Shown: positions 20,488 to 31,544 of the stretch, piece after piece | Layout: every line of letters starts with the position of its first letter | Numbering within the stretch: the first letter of the stretch is position 1 | Assembly: GCA_927910745.1 (NCBI GenBank) | Contig: CAKMNX010000028.1 | Span: 11,653 to 75,652, forward strand | Direction of reading: 5' to 3' | Source: an uncultured Candidatus Saccharibacteria bacterium | GTDB taxonomy: Bacteria > Patescibacteriota > Saccharimonadia > Saccharimonadales > Saccharimonadaceae | DNA length: 64,000 nt | The notes under the pieces: generated by a model | Told to the model about the DNA's origin: nothing | The model's database searches: none | Seen by the model: only the letters and a program-made list of their open reading frames with translations | Translations under genes and position numbers: made by a program

Positions 20488-21050
20488 TGTTGGCCGATTC
20501 CTTTCTTAAATGTGACACTGTAGGTTGAGGTGTAGGGATAACTACCAGCGTCTTTGTCTTGCAGCGTGATGGATTGGAAGCTGACGCTGGAGAAGATGGC
20601 GGAGTCGTTGAGGCGGTTGCGTAGAGCAATGGCATCGTTGTAGCCTTTGGCGCGGATACTCAGCGTGGTGGGGGTGCCAAAGGTGGTTGGGTCGATATTA
20701 AGCTGCTCGATGATAACGTTGGGTGGGAGGCGGTCGGCAATAAGCTTGATGAGGCGGGTGTACGAGACCTGTTGGTCGAGGATGGCTTTGGCAGTGGTAA
20801 GGTTAGCTTTGAACTCAGTAGCTTCACGCTTGACGGTGGCGTATTCGGCAGTTTTGTTGTGGTTGCGCTCTACGGCAGCTTGGTTGCGGCCACGCTCGGT
20901 TGCGATGAAAAAGTACACGCCGCCGATTTCAGCCAAAACGATAAAGACTAAGACAAATAGGAGCACGACATAGCGGCGCAGTAAGGTGTTGGTGCGGCTC
21001 GCAGCGAGCTGCTTTTTATACGCTGGTGGCAATAGATTAATCATTTCCAA
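20484..21050 (-). CDS. pilN: type IV pilus assembly protein PilN
   Basis: MEMINLLPP...RR then a TM helix, which is the typical PilN N-terminus. Confidence 0.7.
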   Translation of the reverse strand: MEMINLLPPAYKKQLAASRTNTLLRRYVVLLFVLVFIVLAEIGGVYFFIATERGRNQAAVERNHNKTAEYATVKREATEFKANLTTAKAILDQQVSYTRLIKLIADRLPPNVIIEQLNIDPTTFGTPTTLSIRAKGYNDAIALRNRLNDSAIFSSVSFQSITLQDKDAGSYPYTSTYSVTFKKGIGQQ

Positions 21051-22099
21051 ATCTCCCCACTACTAAGGCTAGCCAGGCCTGCAACACTGATATACCGAGG
21101 CCGAAACTGTTTTTGTGGCTGCTGGAGTTTGCCAAAGTCGAGCTTTTGCCATGGATTAACGACGCGCACCGGCATGACGAGGTCGTTGGTGAAGAAATCA
21201 CCCATGCCTGGCACATTGCTACCACCACCAACGATGACGATCTGCTCGATCTTGCGCTCATCACCAATCCGGTCGTTATAATAGCGGATCACCTTACGAA
21301 TCTCGGTGCTAATGCGTTTGAGGCTTGGTTTGAGCGCCTCGGTGATGCCAGCTTGGCGTGGCCCAGGCGAGAGGCCATTAAGCACCTTGAGCTGGTGGGC
21401 ATTCTCGAGTGTGATGTTGAGATGCTTCGAGATATCGATGGTGAAGGTATTACCGCCAATTGCCACTCCACCAGTGAGGCGGACGGCGCTTTTATCTAGC
21501 ACAGCGATATCGGTGCTCGCTGGGCCAATATCGACGACGAGCGTGAGGAGGTTGCCAGCATCAGCGCTGTCAAGCACGCGCGCAATAGCGTTGATATTGG
21601 GCTCAACAACCACCGGTACGAGTCCCACTGCCTCGGCCGCTTGCAAACAGGCGTCGACCAGCTGCTTGGGCACGGCCGACATCACAACGTTGAGCTGCTC
21701 TTTGGTGTGCTCGATCACTTCATAGTCAACATAGAGCGAATCGAGCGGTAGCGGGATGTACTGGTCGACCTCCACCTGGATAGCGCCATCGAGGTGTGCT
21801 GCCTCTTTAGCTGGGATCATGAAGGTGCGCGAGTAGGTGCGGCTGGTTGGCACACCAATTACCACGTGGTCGCTACCGAGGTTGCCAATCAGATGTTCAT
21901 TGATGAGCGAGTTGAGGCGCTCGGCTAGGTAGGAATCATCAGGGTTGTCGAGGGATGTCTGGACTTCCTTGGGGTCGAGGTCAAGCGAACCATAGCCCAG
22001 CACGAGCCAGCGCTTGGAGTCGATCGACATAATTTTTATGCCTGTCTGACTAATGTCGAGACCGATGATTGGTTTGTCGCGATAAAATAACTTTGCCAT
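21041..22099 (-). CDS. pilM: type IV pilus assembly ATPase-like protein PilM (actin fold)
   Basis: IIGLDISQTGIKI..., ...DIGPASTDIAV..., ...IVIVGGGSN match the PilM/FtsA-like motifs. Confidence 0.85.
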   Translation of the reverse strand: MAKLFYRDKPIIGLDISQTGIKIMSIDSKRWLVLGYGSLDLDPKEVQTSLDNPDDSYLAERLNSLINEHLIGNLGSDHVVIGVPTSRTYSRTFMIPAKEAAHLDGAIQVEVDQYIPLPLDSLYVDYEVIEHTKEQLNVVMSAVPKQLVDACLQAAEAVGLVPVVVEPNINAIARVLDSADAGNLLTLVVDIGPASTDIAVLDKSAVRLTGGVAIGGNTFTIDISKHLNITLENAHQLKVLNGLSPGPRQAGITEALKPSLKRISTEIRKVIRYYNDRIGDERKIEQIVIVGGGSNVPGMGDFFTNDLVMPVRVVNPWQKLDFGKLQQPQKQFRPRYISVAGLASLSSGEIWK

Positions 22100-22299
22100 G
22101 ATACGTTCGTTTCCGTCATTATAGCATAAGCGATATGATAAACGCTAGCGTTTTGATGAGGATTGTCATGGATCGGTAGACTGTTGTTCGTGGTGTGATA
22201 ATGGCAAAAAGACAGGTCGCTGGCCAGTGGCAGATCACGCCATCAGATAAAGAACTGATACGTGGTATGAAACGCTGACGGAGAACAGGGAATCCAGCC

Positions 22300-23516
22300 T
22301 TACTTAATCTGATTTGCCATATTCGAGATTGGCAACATCACCGAAGCAGCAATCAGCCCCACCATGCCACCCATGATGACGATCATGACGGGCTCGATGA
22401 TGGAGCTGATGCCATCGATCGCGACGTCCACTTCCTCCTCATAATAATCCGCCACCTTTACAAGCACGGTATCGGTCTGGCCAGTCTCTTCGCCAACTGA
22501 AAGCATTTGCGCCACGATGGGTGGGAAGAGTGGATTTTTTTCGATGATACTCGAGAGGTTGCGCCCATTTTTGACTTGCTCGGCAGCATCATTGAGGGCA
22601 TTTTCGTAGACTTTGTTGCCCACCGCCCGGGCAGTCACGCGGAGTGATTCGAGCACTGCTACCCCCGACCCCATCAACGCCGAGAACGTGCGAGCAAAGC
22701 GAGCAACGGCGATTTTGGTGATGATATCGTTGATTTTTGGTATCTTGAGAATGATGGTGTGGAGCCAGAGTTTGCCTGCTGGTGTCTTGATATAGCGGCG
22801 GAAGAAGTATATCCCCGCACCGAGCGCAGCAATGATAAAGATTCCATACTGGATGATAAATGCGCTCAGTCCAAGCATAAACTCGGTAATGGCGGGCAGC
22901 TTGGCGTCCGGTCCGCCGAGGCCGCGCACAATGTTGCCGATTTGTGGAATAACAAAGACCATCAAGCCAAAAAAGGCGGCAATAGTGATAACAATGAGCA
23001 CGGTAGGGTATGTCATGGCGCTTTTGATTTTTTGCGCATACTGGCGTTTTTTTCTTGTTGCATGGCTAGGCGTTTGAGGATGTCATCGAGAATACCAGCC
23101 GCTTCGCCCGCACGTACCATGTTAATAAAAACGGTATTAAAGGTCTCTGGGTGCTTTTCGAGTGCGTCGGCGAGTGCCATACCGCCCTCGACATCGCGCA
23201 GCAAGTCGCCCGTCACCATTTGGAGGGCTTTGCTGCTGGTATGGTCGTGCAGTGAGCCCATAGCGCGTAGCAGCGGCACACCAGCCGACACCATGGCACT
23301 GAGCTGGCGGGTAAACATCACCAAGTCTTCACTCTTGACCTTGTTGCTACCAAAGAGAGCAAAGCTGGTGCGCTTTGGCTTGACCTCTTCAGCACTAATT
23401 GGTCGCAGGCCTTGACGGCTCAGGCTGGCTAGGGCACTGGCACGATCGGGGGCGTCGATCGTTCCATTGATGGAGTCGTTTTTGTTCGTGATGGCGATGT
23501 AGCGAAATTGTGGCAT
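22300..23516 (-). pseudogene. pilC: type IV pilus inner-membrane platform protein PilC (GspF family), split by a -1 frameshift in an A6 (T6 on plus) tract at 23028-23033
   Basis: Two GspF-domain halves are in adjacent frames. The N half reads ...MRKKSKAP*. Adding one A restores ...RKKIKSAMTYPTVLIV..., the canonical junction. Confidence 0.75.
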
Positions 23517-23517
23517 G

Positions 23518-25298
23518 TTATTCCTTTGTGACGCGGAGCACTTCTTCTACAGTGGTGTTGCCGCGGATTGCTTTTATTAATCCATCGGTGAGCATGGTGG
23601 TCATCCCCTCGGCGACGGCTTGGTCTTGGATTTCGTTGCTGGTATTGCCGCCGATAATCATCTTTTGGATTTCGCGCGAAGTGCCGAGGACTTCGTAGAT
23701 ACCTACCCGGCCTTTGAAGCCGGTGTGATTACACTCATCGCAGCCATTTGGGTTTGGTTGCCAGAGGGTAGCGATGGTCGTGTCTGTCGTGCCCCAGGGT
23801 GTTTCACCACCGACCTTTTGGACGATAGCCTGGGCCTCAAGCTGATGGATGTAATAGAAATTTTGGCCCGGTGCAAGGTGAAAGAGGCGAGTGATCTCTG
23901 CAACCTCTGTTTGGTCGGGCACGTAACTCTGGCGGCAGTTCATACAGAGGCGACGCACCAGGCGCTGGCCTACCACGGCCTTAACGGTACTGGCGATAAG
24001 GAAGGGCTCGATCCCCATATCAAGCAGGCGTGGCAAACAAGTGGCGGCGTTATTGGTGTGGAGTGTACTAAATACCAAGTGGCCCGTTAGGGCAGCCTGG
24101 ACGCCAAGGTTAGCTGTCTCGCCGTCGCGGATCTCACCCACCATAATAATGTTTGGGTCTTGACGCAGCAGAGCGCGCAAACCACTGGCGAAAGTCATGC
24201 CAGCCTTGCTATTGGTTTGGGTTTGGTTGACGCCGGGGATCTTATACTCCACGGGGTCCTCAATAGTTGAGATATTGACCTCGGGCGTGTTAAGCATCGA
24301 CAGGACGGAGAAGAGCGAGGTAGACTTGCCACTCCCGGTCGGCCCGTCACGAGGATCATCCCATTGGGCTCGGTCAGTGCTTGATTGATAACAGCCAGCG
24401 AATGGCCCCAGTAGCCGAGCTGTTCGAGCGTCACTGCTTGGTTCGATTCGTCGAGGATACGCATCACCACCTTCTCACCATCAGCGATGGGTAGCGTGCT
24501 AACACGCAGGGCATACTGCTTGCCTGCGACTTTGATCTTAAAGCGACCGTCTTGCGGTACGCGGCGTTCGTCTATCTTAAGGTTGGAGAGGATCTTAATG
24601 CGGCTTATGAGCGCACCGAGCACATTCTTAGGTAGGCGGTTTACTTCCTTAAGGACGCCATCAATCCGGTAGCGCACCTGCACGAATTGCTCGCGTGGCT
24701 CGATGTGGATATCGCTGGCGTTGCTGCGGATGGCATACTCTAGTAACAGATTAACCGTCTGGGCGATTGGTGAGTCTTCTGCTACCTCTGCTTCGGTCAC
24801 CTTTTGGTTAGAGCCATCATCCTCACGCTGGATGTCGATCACCTCCTTGAGTTCCTGCGTCACATCGCCGCGGTATCCCTCAAGACACTCTAAGATGTTA
24901 CTGCGCGGCGCAATGTAGACACGGGTGTTGGTGCCAATTTCCTTCTCGATAAAGTTGACGGCTTGCACATCGTCTGGGTCGTCCATCGCGAGGTGGATGA
25001 GTCCATCAGGGTCGATCTTGAAGATGACAGCATTATACTGGCGGGCGATTCGCTCGGGGATGCGCATGAGGATATCAGAAGGGATATCGCGCGGATCGGG
25101 CTCGATGTAGGGGATGTCGGCGTAGGTGGCATAGAGCTTGGTGAGGGTACGCTCATCGATGAGGTTGTTTTGCAAGACGATATCTTGCAGGCGCAAATTA
25201 GATGACGCAGCCTCACTCACCAGTGGCTGGAGCTGCTGGCTGGTGGCAGCGCCACTGCGTTCGAGGAGTTTGACGATAGTAGAATCAGATATATGCAT
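23518..25298 (-). pseudogene. pilB: type IV pilus extension ATPase PilB (GspE family), with a 1-nt deletion inside the Walker A codons at about 24341
   Basis: The N half ends ...[13 protein letters not shown]... in the wrong frame. Restoring one C gives [38 protein letters not shown], which joins the C half (23518-24297) in frame. Confidence 0.8.
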
Positions 25299-25398
25299 AG
25301 TACTTACGCTTAATTGTAGCTCATTATGCTTATGCTGGCTAGAGGATAGCGCAATATTCGTGCTAGCAGAGGTGAGGCTGTGCTATACTAGAGCCAGT

Positions 25399-25857
25399 AT
25401 GCGTGTTATCTGTCAATCACTTGCTGATACGTTGCAGCTTGGCCAGCGCCTCGGCCAGGCGTTGCGTGGTGGCGAGGTGGTTGTGCTGGTGGGGGATATT
25501 GGCGCGGGCAAGACAACGCTCGTCAAAGGAATCGCGCGCGGCCTTGCCATTACTGATGATATCCAGAGCCCGACCTTTACGATTAGTCGGTTGTATCATG
25601 GGCGCGATGATATCCAGCTTGCGCATTATGATTTTTATCGTTTGGGCGATGCAGGGGTAATGCAGCTTGAATTGGCTGAGGCGATTGCTGAGCCCCGCAC
25701 AGTGACTATCATCGAGTGGGCTCAGGCTGTAGCGGATGTCGTCCCACCCGATCACCTGACAATCACCATTACCGCACAGAGCGAGACGGTCCGCCAGCTA
25801 GATATTGAGGCTGATGGCACCGTGTCGACCCAGCTTCTCCAGGAGGTTTCGGCATGA
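25399..25857 (+). CDS. tsaE: tRNA t6A37 biosynthesis protein TsaE (YjeE ATPase)
   Basis: LVGDIGAGKTTLVKGIARGL P-loop, and FTISRLYH...HYDFYRL. Confidence 0.8.
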   Translation: MRVICQSLADTLQLGQRLGQALRGGEVVVLVGDIGAGKTTLVKGIARGLAITDDIQSPTFTISRLYHGRDDIQLAHYDFYRLGDAGVMQLELAEAIAEPRTVTIIEWAQAVADVVPPDHLTITITAQSETVRQLDIEADGTVSTQLLQEVSA

Positions 25858-26243
25858 TTATTTTGTGGAATAGCGCGGGGATGGTCGTGGAGCTAACATT
25901 GGTAGATGACACTGGTACTCAGACGAGCTATGAGTGGCCAGCTGGCCGCACCCTGGCGCGTGATATGCTGGCTTATCTGCGTGATCGCATGGCCGAGCAT
26001 GGCAAGACACTGGCGGATATGACTGGCATTGGGGTGCGGCCTGGGCCGGGGAGCTTTACGGGGCTGCGGATTGGCCTAACGGTGCTCAATACACTCGCAC
26101 ACGAGCAGCACATCCCGATCGTTGCTGCGACGGGTGATGATTGGCGTACTGCCTGCCTTAGGCGGCTGGCGCATGGCGAGGATGATAGCATTGTCTTGCC
26201 CCAGTACGGCGCAGCTGCACATATCACACAGCCAAAAAAGTAG
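25854..26243 (+). CDS. tsaB: TsaB/YeaZ-like protein (short form, 129 aa)
   Basis: GPGSFTGLRIGLTV motif. Overlaps the tsaE stop. Lacks the C-terminal half of canonical TsaB. Confidence 0.6.
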   Translation: MIILWNSAGMVVELTLVDDTGTQTSYEWPAGRTLARDMLAYLRDRMAEHGKTLADMTGIGVRPGPGSFTGLRIGLTVLNTLAHEQHIPIVAATGDDWRTACLRRLAHGEDDSIVLPQYGAAAHITQPKK

Positions 26244-26437
26244 CTAGTGCAAAGCATAAGGGTAATAAATCGTTACCTCTGTAAATAGACAGACATCGAT
26301 ATTGCCAGTTGCGCAAATTAGCCAAAACGCGATACAATATACTAGTCTGTAGATAGTTTTAATGTTTGATAACACCGGTGTGGGCTGACGCAAGTCTGAT
26401 GTAATAAGAACAACACATATCCGGAGAAAGGAATACC

Positions 26438-27925
26438 ATGATAGAAGTACTCTTCGCGGCGATTGGCGTGGCGCTTGGTTTTGGTGGTAAGTACGCCTAC
26501 GATCGCCAGCAAACCGCCAATGGCCAGCGGGCAATCGACAAAGAATTGGCTCAGGCCAAGCAGCAAGCAGGTGATATCGTCCTCAAAGCCAAGGACGAGG
26601 CACTGCGGATCGAGAATGAGCGCCGCCGCGCGATGCAAAAGACGGAGAATCGTTTGCTCGAGCGCGAGGCAAGCCTCGATCGCAAACTCGACGAGCTTGA
26701 TCGCCGCAGTGAGAAGCTCCGCAAGAGTGAGACAGAGGTCGACGAGCTGAAGAATGAGATCCGCGAGATTCGGGGCCGGCAGCAGGCTAAGCTCGAGAAA
26801 ATCGCTGGCCTCACCAAGCAAGACGCCGCCAGCAAGCTGATGCACATGACCGAGCGTGATATCCGCCAAGACCTGACTGGCTTGGTGGATAAATTACAGC
26901 GCGAAGCGATGGACGATGCCGAGGAGAAGGCTCAGATGATCCTCGTGACAGCAATGGAGCGCATGAGTAGCGAAGTGACGGCCGAGCGCACAGTGACTGC
27001 TATTAAGTTGCCCGACGACGATATGAAGGGTCGCATCATTGGCAAAGAAGGGCGCAATATCCAGGCTCTGCAGCGAGCCACTGGTGTTGATATCTTGGTG
27101 GATGACACGCCAGGGATGATCGTCCTCAGTAGCTTTGATCCAGTGCGGCGCCAAGTAGCACGCCTGAGTCTTGAGATGTTAATGAAGGACGGGCGGATCC
27201 ACCCTGGTCGCATCGAGGAGGTCGTGGCCAAGGCAAATAAGCAAATTGACAAAGAAGTCGTGCGGGCTGGTGAAGATGCGGCGCGTGAAATTGGCGTAGC
27301 TGGTATTCCAAAGGAGCTGCTCCACCTTGTGGGTGAGCTGAAGTTCCGGACGAGCTACGGCCAAAACGTCTTGAAGCACAGTACTGAGATGGCCCAGATT
27401 GCGGGGTTGATTGCGGCAGAGATTGGGGCAGATGTACGCACTGTGAAGATCGCTACACTGCTCCACGACATGGGCAAGGCGGTGACACACAAGATGGAAG
27501 GCAAGCACCACCATATTGGGGCGGAGCTAGCTCGCAAGGCGGGCTTGAGCGAGGCAATTTGCCACGCCATTGAGGCCCATCACGACGATATCGAGGCCAC
27601 GACCCCCGAGGCGATCGTTGTGCGAGTATGCGATGCAGCCAGTGCTGCTCGGCCTGGCGCGCGCAACATGAGCGCCGAGAACTTCGTTGAGCGCATGCGC
27701 GACCTCGAGAATGTTGCCACTAGCTTCCGCGGTATCGACAAAGCCTACGCAATTAGTGCTGGCCGCGAAGTACGCGTCATTGTTCGGCCAGAAGTAGTGG
27801 ATGATCTGAGTGCTATCAAGCTCGCGCGAGATATTGCTACCAAGATTGAGAGTACCATGCAATACCCAGGTACAATCAAGGTCAATGTGATCCGCGAGAC
27901 ACGGGCGATCGAGTTCGCCAAATAG
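26438..27925 (+). CDS. rny: ribonuclease Y
   Basis: N-terminal TM helix, coiled coil, KH domain (GRIIGKEGRNIQALQRATGVDILVDD) and HD domain (LLHDMGKA...HH...D). Confidence 0.9.
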   Translation: MIEVLFAAIGVALGFGGKYAYDRQQTANGQRAIDKELAQAKQQAGDIVLKAKDEALRIENERRRAMQKTENRLLEREASLDRKLDELDRRSEKLRKSETEVDELKNEIREIRGRQQAKLEKIAGLTKQDAASKLMHMTERDIRQDLTGLVDKLQREAMDDAEEKAQMILVTAMERMSSEVTAERTVTAIKLPDDDMKGRIIGKEGRNIQALQRATGVDILVDDTPGMIVLSSFDPVRRQVARLSLEMLMKDGRIHPGRIEEVVAKANKQIDKEVVRAGEDAAREIGVAGIPKELLHLVGELKFRTSYGQNVLKHSTEMAQIAGLIAAEIGADVRTVKIATLLHDMGKAVTHKMEGKHHHIGAELARKAGLSEAICHAIEAHHDDIEATTPEAIVVRVCDAASAARPGARNMSAENFVERMRDLENVATSFRGIDKAYAISAGREVRVIVRPEVVDDLSAIKLARDIATKIESTMQYPGTIKVNVIRETRAIEFAK

Positions 27926-28500
27926 GGGCGGATGTATCTATCTCCTGTAAATGATAAACTGGTCAAGCAAATTGGCCGGTTTTTTGCCGTGTGGGTGTGT
28001 AGTTCGAAGCGTGAATGCGCACATGAGCTCAAGTATATCCCCATTTCGTGACGTTGTGATGGCAATGAGATATGCATTTTTTAAATCGCCTGAGAGTTAA
28101 TTATCCTTCAGCTCCAGGCTTGACCGTCAGCTTAGTAGGTGCTTATACGCTTCTTGCATGAATGGCAGGAGTGTGAGTAGATGCAAAAAAGTGATAGCCT
28201 TAAGTCTATAAACTCAACACCACAAAAGGGCTGGTGTGGACGAGACGCCCCCATTCTATAGTTGAGATAGGATATAATGAGAAGCTTTTATTCTGTGACA
28301 AGCGGCCAAGAAGGAAGAAGAGAGGAGAAATGACTTTTGGAGTCCGCAAAAATATAGGATAGCACATAAGACCAAGATGACTGCAAAGGCAAAAAGAGTT
28401 GCCGCCCGAATAAGATCATTAATAGGGGAGGTTATCGTGTGAGCGATATAGGAATTTGCTTTATTTAAGAATGATCTTGTAGCGTGCAAGAACACCGATG

Positions 28501-29139
28501 CTACGATGCAACCTCACCCTGCTTCTCGGCAACGATGACGACTCGGCCAGTTTTGGCGCCACCTAAGTCGCAGCTGTAGAGCGTGAGGCGGGCGTCTTCT
28601 GTTGGGGCTTCGATCTCAACGCTGGTTGGCTTGACATCAAATTTCTTGGTGATTTTGTAGTTGTAGCGTTTGCCTTGGTAGTCGGCGAGAATTTGGTCGC
28701 CTAGGGCGAGCTTGTCGATATGAAAGAATGGTGATTTTTCTACTGTACCGCCAGGCGTTGGCTGGATACTAAAGCGGTGGGCTGCCACGACGAAGTTGCC
28801 GCCCTTCTCAGGGTTGCCGTGGTCGGGGTAGCGCCACCATGCACCACGATCGAGGGCGAGTTTGCCATTAGTGCCGTACGGGATATTAACACCGATTTTG
28901 GGGATGATAATACGATTGTCTTTGGCTTCAGGCTTGGTGAGTGTTGCTACAGTGATTGGCTTGGTAAAGTGCGGTGCAATGATTGGTGAAGTAGTGAGCA
29001 GGAGTAGATACCCTCCCACTAACAAAAAGAGGACTGCGATAGTACCGAATATCCAGTTTGGTATCGAAATGCGCGGCATGCGCATACGCGAACGACGTGG
29101 TGTAGATGGCTGTCGTTTTGCTTTATTCATTGCTAGCAT
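28501..29139 (-). CDS. sortase (class E/F-like transpeptidase)
   Basis: N-terminal TM anchor, catalytic His (VAAHR), TLYSC cysteine motif, and a conserved Arg downstream. Confidence 0.75.
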   Translation of the reverse strand: MLAMNKAKRQPSTPRRSRMRMPRISIPNWIFGTIAVLFLLVGGYLLLLTTSPIIAPHFTKPITVATLTKPEAKDNRIIIPKIGVNIPYGTNGKLALDRGAWWRYPDHGNPEKGGNFVVAAHRFSIQPTPGGTVEKSPFFHIDKLALGDQILADYQGKRYNYKITKKFDVKPTSVEIEAPTEDARLTLYSCDLGGAKTGRVVIVAEKQGEVAS

Positions 29140-29418
29140 AATAACTCCTCATCTCTGTCTATTATACGGCACGAGCAGCAGCACGCCAATAGCATGACCG
29201 GCATGGTATTGGCAGATGGGCTCCATTAGGTAGCTCTACTCTAGAGTACAGTGGATAGAAAACTCTTGTATTTCATCCATGGTTTTATTCGATAGAGTGT
29301 ATAGATCAATCACTAATCTAACTCTAGTGTTGATAGTTAAATAATGGTATCGCTTATAGCGATACCAAGAAATAACTCGCAAGCAGAGAAGCCAGCATTG
29401 AAAAGGCTAGTGTGGAGG

Positions 29419-29460
29419 CGTGGTCTAAAAAGCCACCCACTCAAAGTAAGAGTGGGTGGC
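29419..29460 (-). terminator. rho-independent terminator of eno
   Basis: Perfect 10-bp inverted repeat gccacccact/agtgggtggc. On the minus strand the hairpin is followed by TTTTT. Confidence 0.6.
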
Positions 29461-29489
29461 ATAGTAGTGCCGTGTGGCGAGGTAGGCTA

Positions 29490-30770
29490 CTACTGCTTGA
29501 ATGGCTGCGCAAGCGTGAGACTCTCGTCTGCTTCGGTAATGCGGAGTAGCTCGTTGTACTTCGCCACGCGGTCGGTGCGCGAGAGCGAGCCAGTCTTGAT
29601 CTGCCCACAGCCCAGGCCAACTGCCAAGTGGCTGATTGTGGTATCCTCAGTCTCGCCAGAGCGGTGACTCATCACGGTGCGCCAGCCAGCGTTTTGGGCA
29701 AGTTGCACGGCTTGGATTGTCTCGCTGAGTGAGCCGATTTGGTTGGGCTTGACGAGGAGTGCGTTCGCCGCGTCTTGGTCAATCGCTTGCTGGATGAGGC
29801 TTGTATTCGTGACAAGTAGGTCATCGCCCACTAGCTGGACGCGGTCGCCGAGGCGCTGGCGGAGCTGCTGCCAGCCAGCCCAGTCACCCTCGGCCAGGCC
29901 ATCTTCGATACTGACAATTGGGAATTCGTCGACAAGGGCAGCCAGCCAGTCGATCATCTCACTACTGGTCAGGCTCTTGCCTTCACACTTCAGCTCATAC
30001 CGGCCATCATGGTAGAACTCACTCGAGGCAGCGTCCATTGCAAAGACGACATCTGTGCCAACGGTGTAGCCAGCATTGGTAATCGCTTCGCTGAGCAAGG
30101 CGAGTGGCTCGCGGTTGCCCTGGCGGACGCGTGGCGCATAGCCACCTTCGTCGCCAACAGTGGTGGGGTAATCGTGTGCTTTGAGGACTTTAGCAAGAGC
30201 GTGGAAGATTTCGGTGCCCATGCGGAGCGTGTCTGCAAAGGTTGTCGCACCCTTGCAGATGATCATAAACTCTTGGATATCGGTCGCAAAGGCGGCGTGC
30301 GCACCACCGTTGAGAACATTCATCATTGGCAGGGGAAGACTTGGTGTGCTGTCAGTTTGCTCGGCAATGTAGCGCCAGAGTGGTTGCTGCTTGGCATGAG
30401 CAACAGCCTTGGCAGTAGCCAGGCTAACACTGAGGATGGCATTAGCACCGAGCTTAGACTTGTTATCTGTTCCATCAAGGGCAAGCATTGCATTATCAAT
30501 CGCTTGCTGGTCGCTCGCATCGTGACCCACCAGTGCAGGAGCGATAACGTCGTTAACGTGGGCAACTGCCTGGCTCACCCCTTTGCCAGTCCACTGATTG
30601 CCACCATCGCGTAGCTCTAGTGCTTCGCCCGCACCGGTACTTGCTCCGCTCGGGACAGCTGCTCGGCCTAGCGTGCCATCAGCAAGGATGACGTCCGCTT
30701 CGACGGTGGGGTTGCCGCGGCTGTCTAAAATTTGTCGTGCTTTTATGGTTTGGATAGAGTAGTTGTTCAT
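29490..30770 (-). CDS. eno: enolase (phosphopyruvate hydratase)
   Basis: [27 protein letters not shown]...SHRSGETED. The ORF-table N-terminal extension was rejected. Confidence 0.95.
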   Translation of the reverse strand: MNNYSIQTIKARQILDSRGNPTVEADVILADGTLGRAAVPSGASTGAGEALELRDGGNQWTGKGVSQAVAHVNDVIAPALVGHDASDQQAIDNAMLALDGTDNKSKLGANAILSVSLATAKAVAHAKQQPLWRYIAEQTDSTPSLPLPMMNVLNGGAHAAFATDIQEFMIICKGATTFADTLRMGTEIFHALAKVLKAHDYPTTVGDEGGYAPRVRQGNREPLALLSEAITNAGYTVGTDVVFAMDAASSEFYHDGRYELKCEGKSLTSSEMIDWLAALVDEFPIVSIEDGLAEGDWAGWQQLRQRLGDRVQLVGDDLLVTNTSLIQQAIDQDAANALLVKPNQIGSLSETIQAVQLAQNAGWRTVMSHRSGETEDTTISHLAVGLGCGQIKTGSLSRTDRVAKYNELLRITEADESLTLAQPFKQ

Positions 30771-31009
30771 ATCTTCTAGTATACCATCGAATGGAAGGCG
30801 ATCGCTATTACCGTTGAAATAGCATGAATCAACTGCGAAAATTTTCATGCAAGACAAGGATATTGACAAAAGGTCATTTTGTAGATTCAAGCATTGTATT
30901 TGCTGATACACATGGTACAATATAATTACGGCAACGGTTAATGAAGCGGAGGGTGGCAGTAACCCTGCGTTCTTCGTTTCGCACCTACACAGTAAGGAGG
31001 GCTATTCCC

Positions 31010-31390
31010 ATGACATTCAAAAAAGTAGGTATCCTTAGCGTATTGGCAGTTGGCTCAATGGCGGCGGGATCTTTGCTGTTTAATACAGCACCAGCGTCGG
31101 CAGAGAGTTTCGGGCCGACCGCCAATGACAACGGTACGTCCGTTGTCCAATACTACGATGGGACGAAACTGTTTTGCGTTTCTGATGCAAACTACCCCGA
31201 CGGCACGCCTGGCACGACAGCCTTTACGGTTGCGCCAACCCAAGGTAATGGTCCCAGTTATGGCCGAATCCTTGGCGCTGGCGAGACTGGCTGTGTCAGT
31301 CTTGAGACAGCACCGGAGGGAGCAGTATATCGCTACTGGCTGTTGTCTCGCACCGATGGATCGGTGTACCAAGGCGATTTCGTTCGCTAA
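31010..31390 (+). CDS. small secreted protein (signal peptide)
   Basis: RBS aaggaggg precedes the ATG. Signal peptide MTFKKVGILSVLAVGSMAAG...ASA is followed by a 100-aa Cys-containing domain. Confidence 0.5.
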   Translation: MTFKKVGILSVLAVGSMAAGSLLFNTAPASAESFGPTANDNGTSVVQYYDGTKLFCVSDANYPDGTPGTTAFTVAPTQGNGPSYGRILGAGETGCVSLETAPEGAVYRYWLLSRTDGSVYQGDFVR

Positions 31391-31452
31391 ATAACTACTC
31401 ACTGAAATACCCGATATACCCAAAAACGAAAATGAAAACCCCCGTTGTCGCG

Positions 31453-31475
31453 GCCCCCTCCTGAGGGGGCTTTTG
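31453..31475 (+). terminator. rho-independent terminator
   Basis: GC-rich hairpin gccccctc..gagggggc followed by tttt. Confidence 0.6.
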
Positions 31476-31544
31476 GGACCTCAAATACGGAATGATTGGT
31501 AGACATATATAGCACTCGCGCCAATAGTGCCGTATAATGGAGGC

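Noticed and set aside
30771-30920. 50-aa N-terminal extension of enolase in the ORF table
   Set aside because: Enolase homology begins exactly at [24 protein letters not shown] (ATG at 30770).
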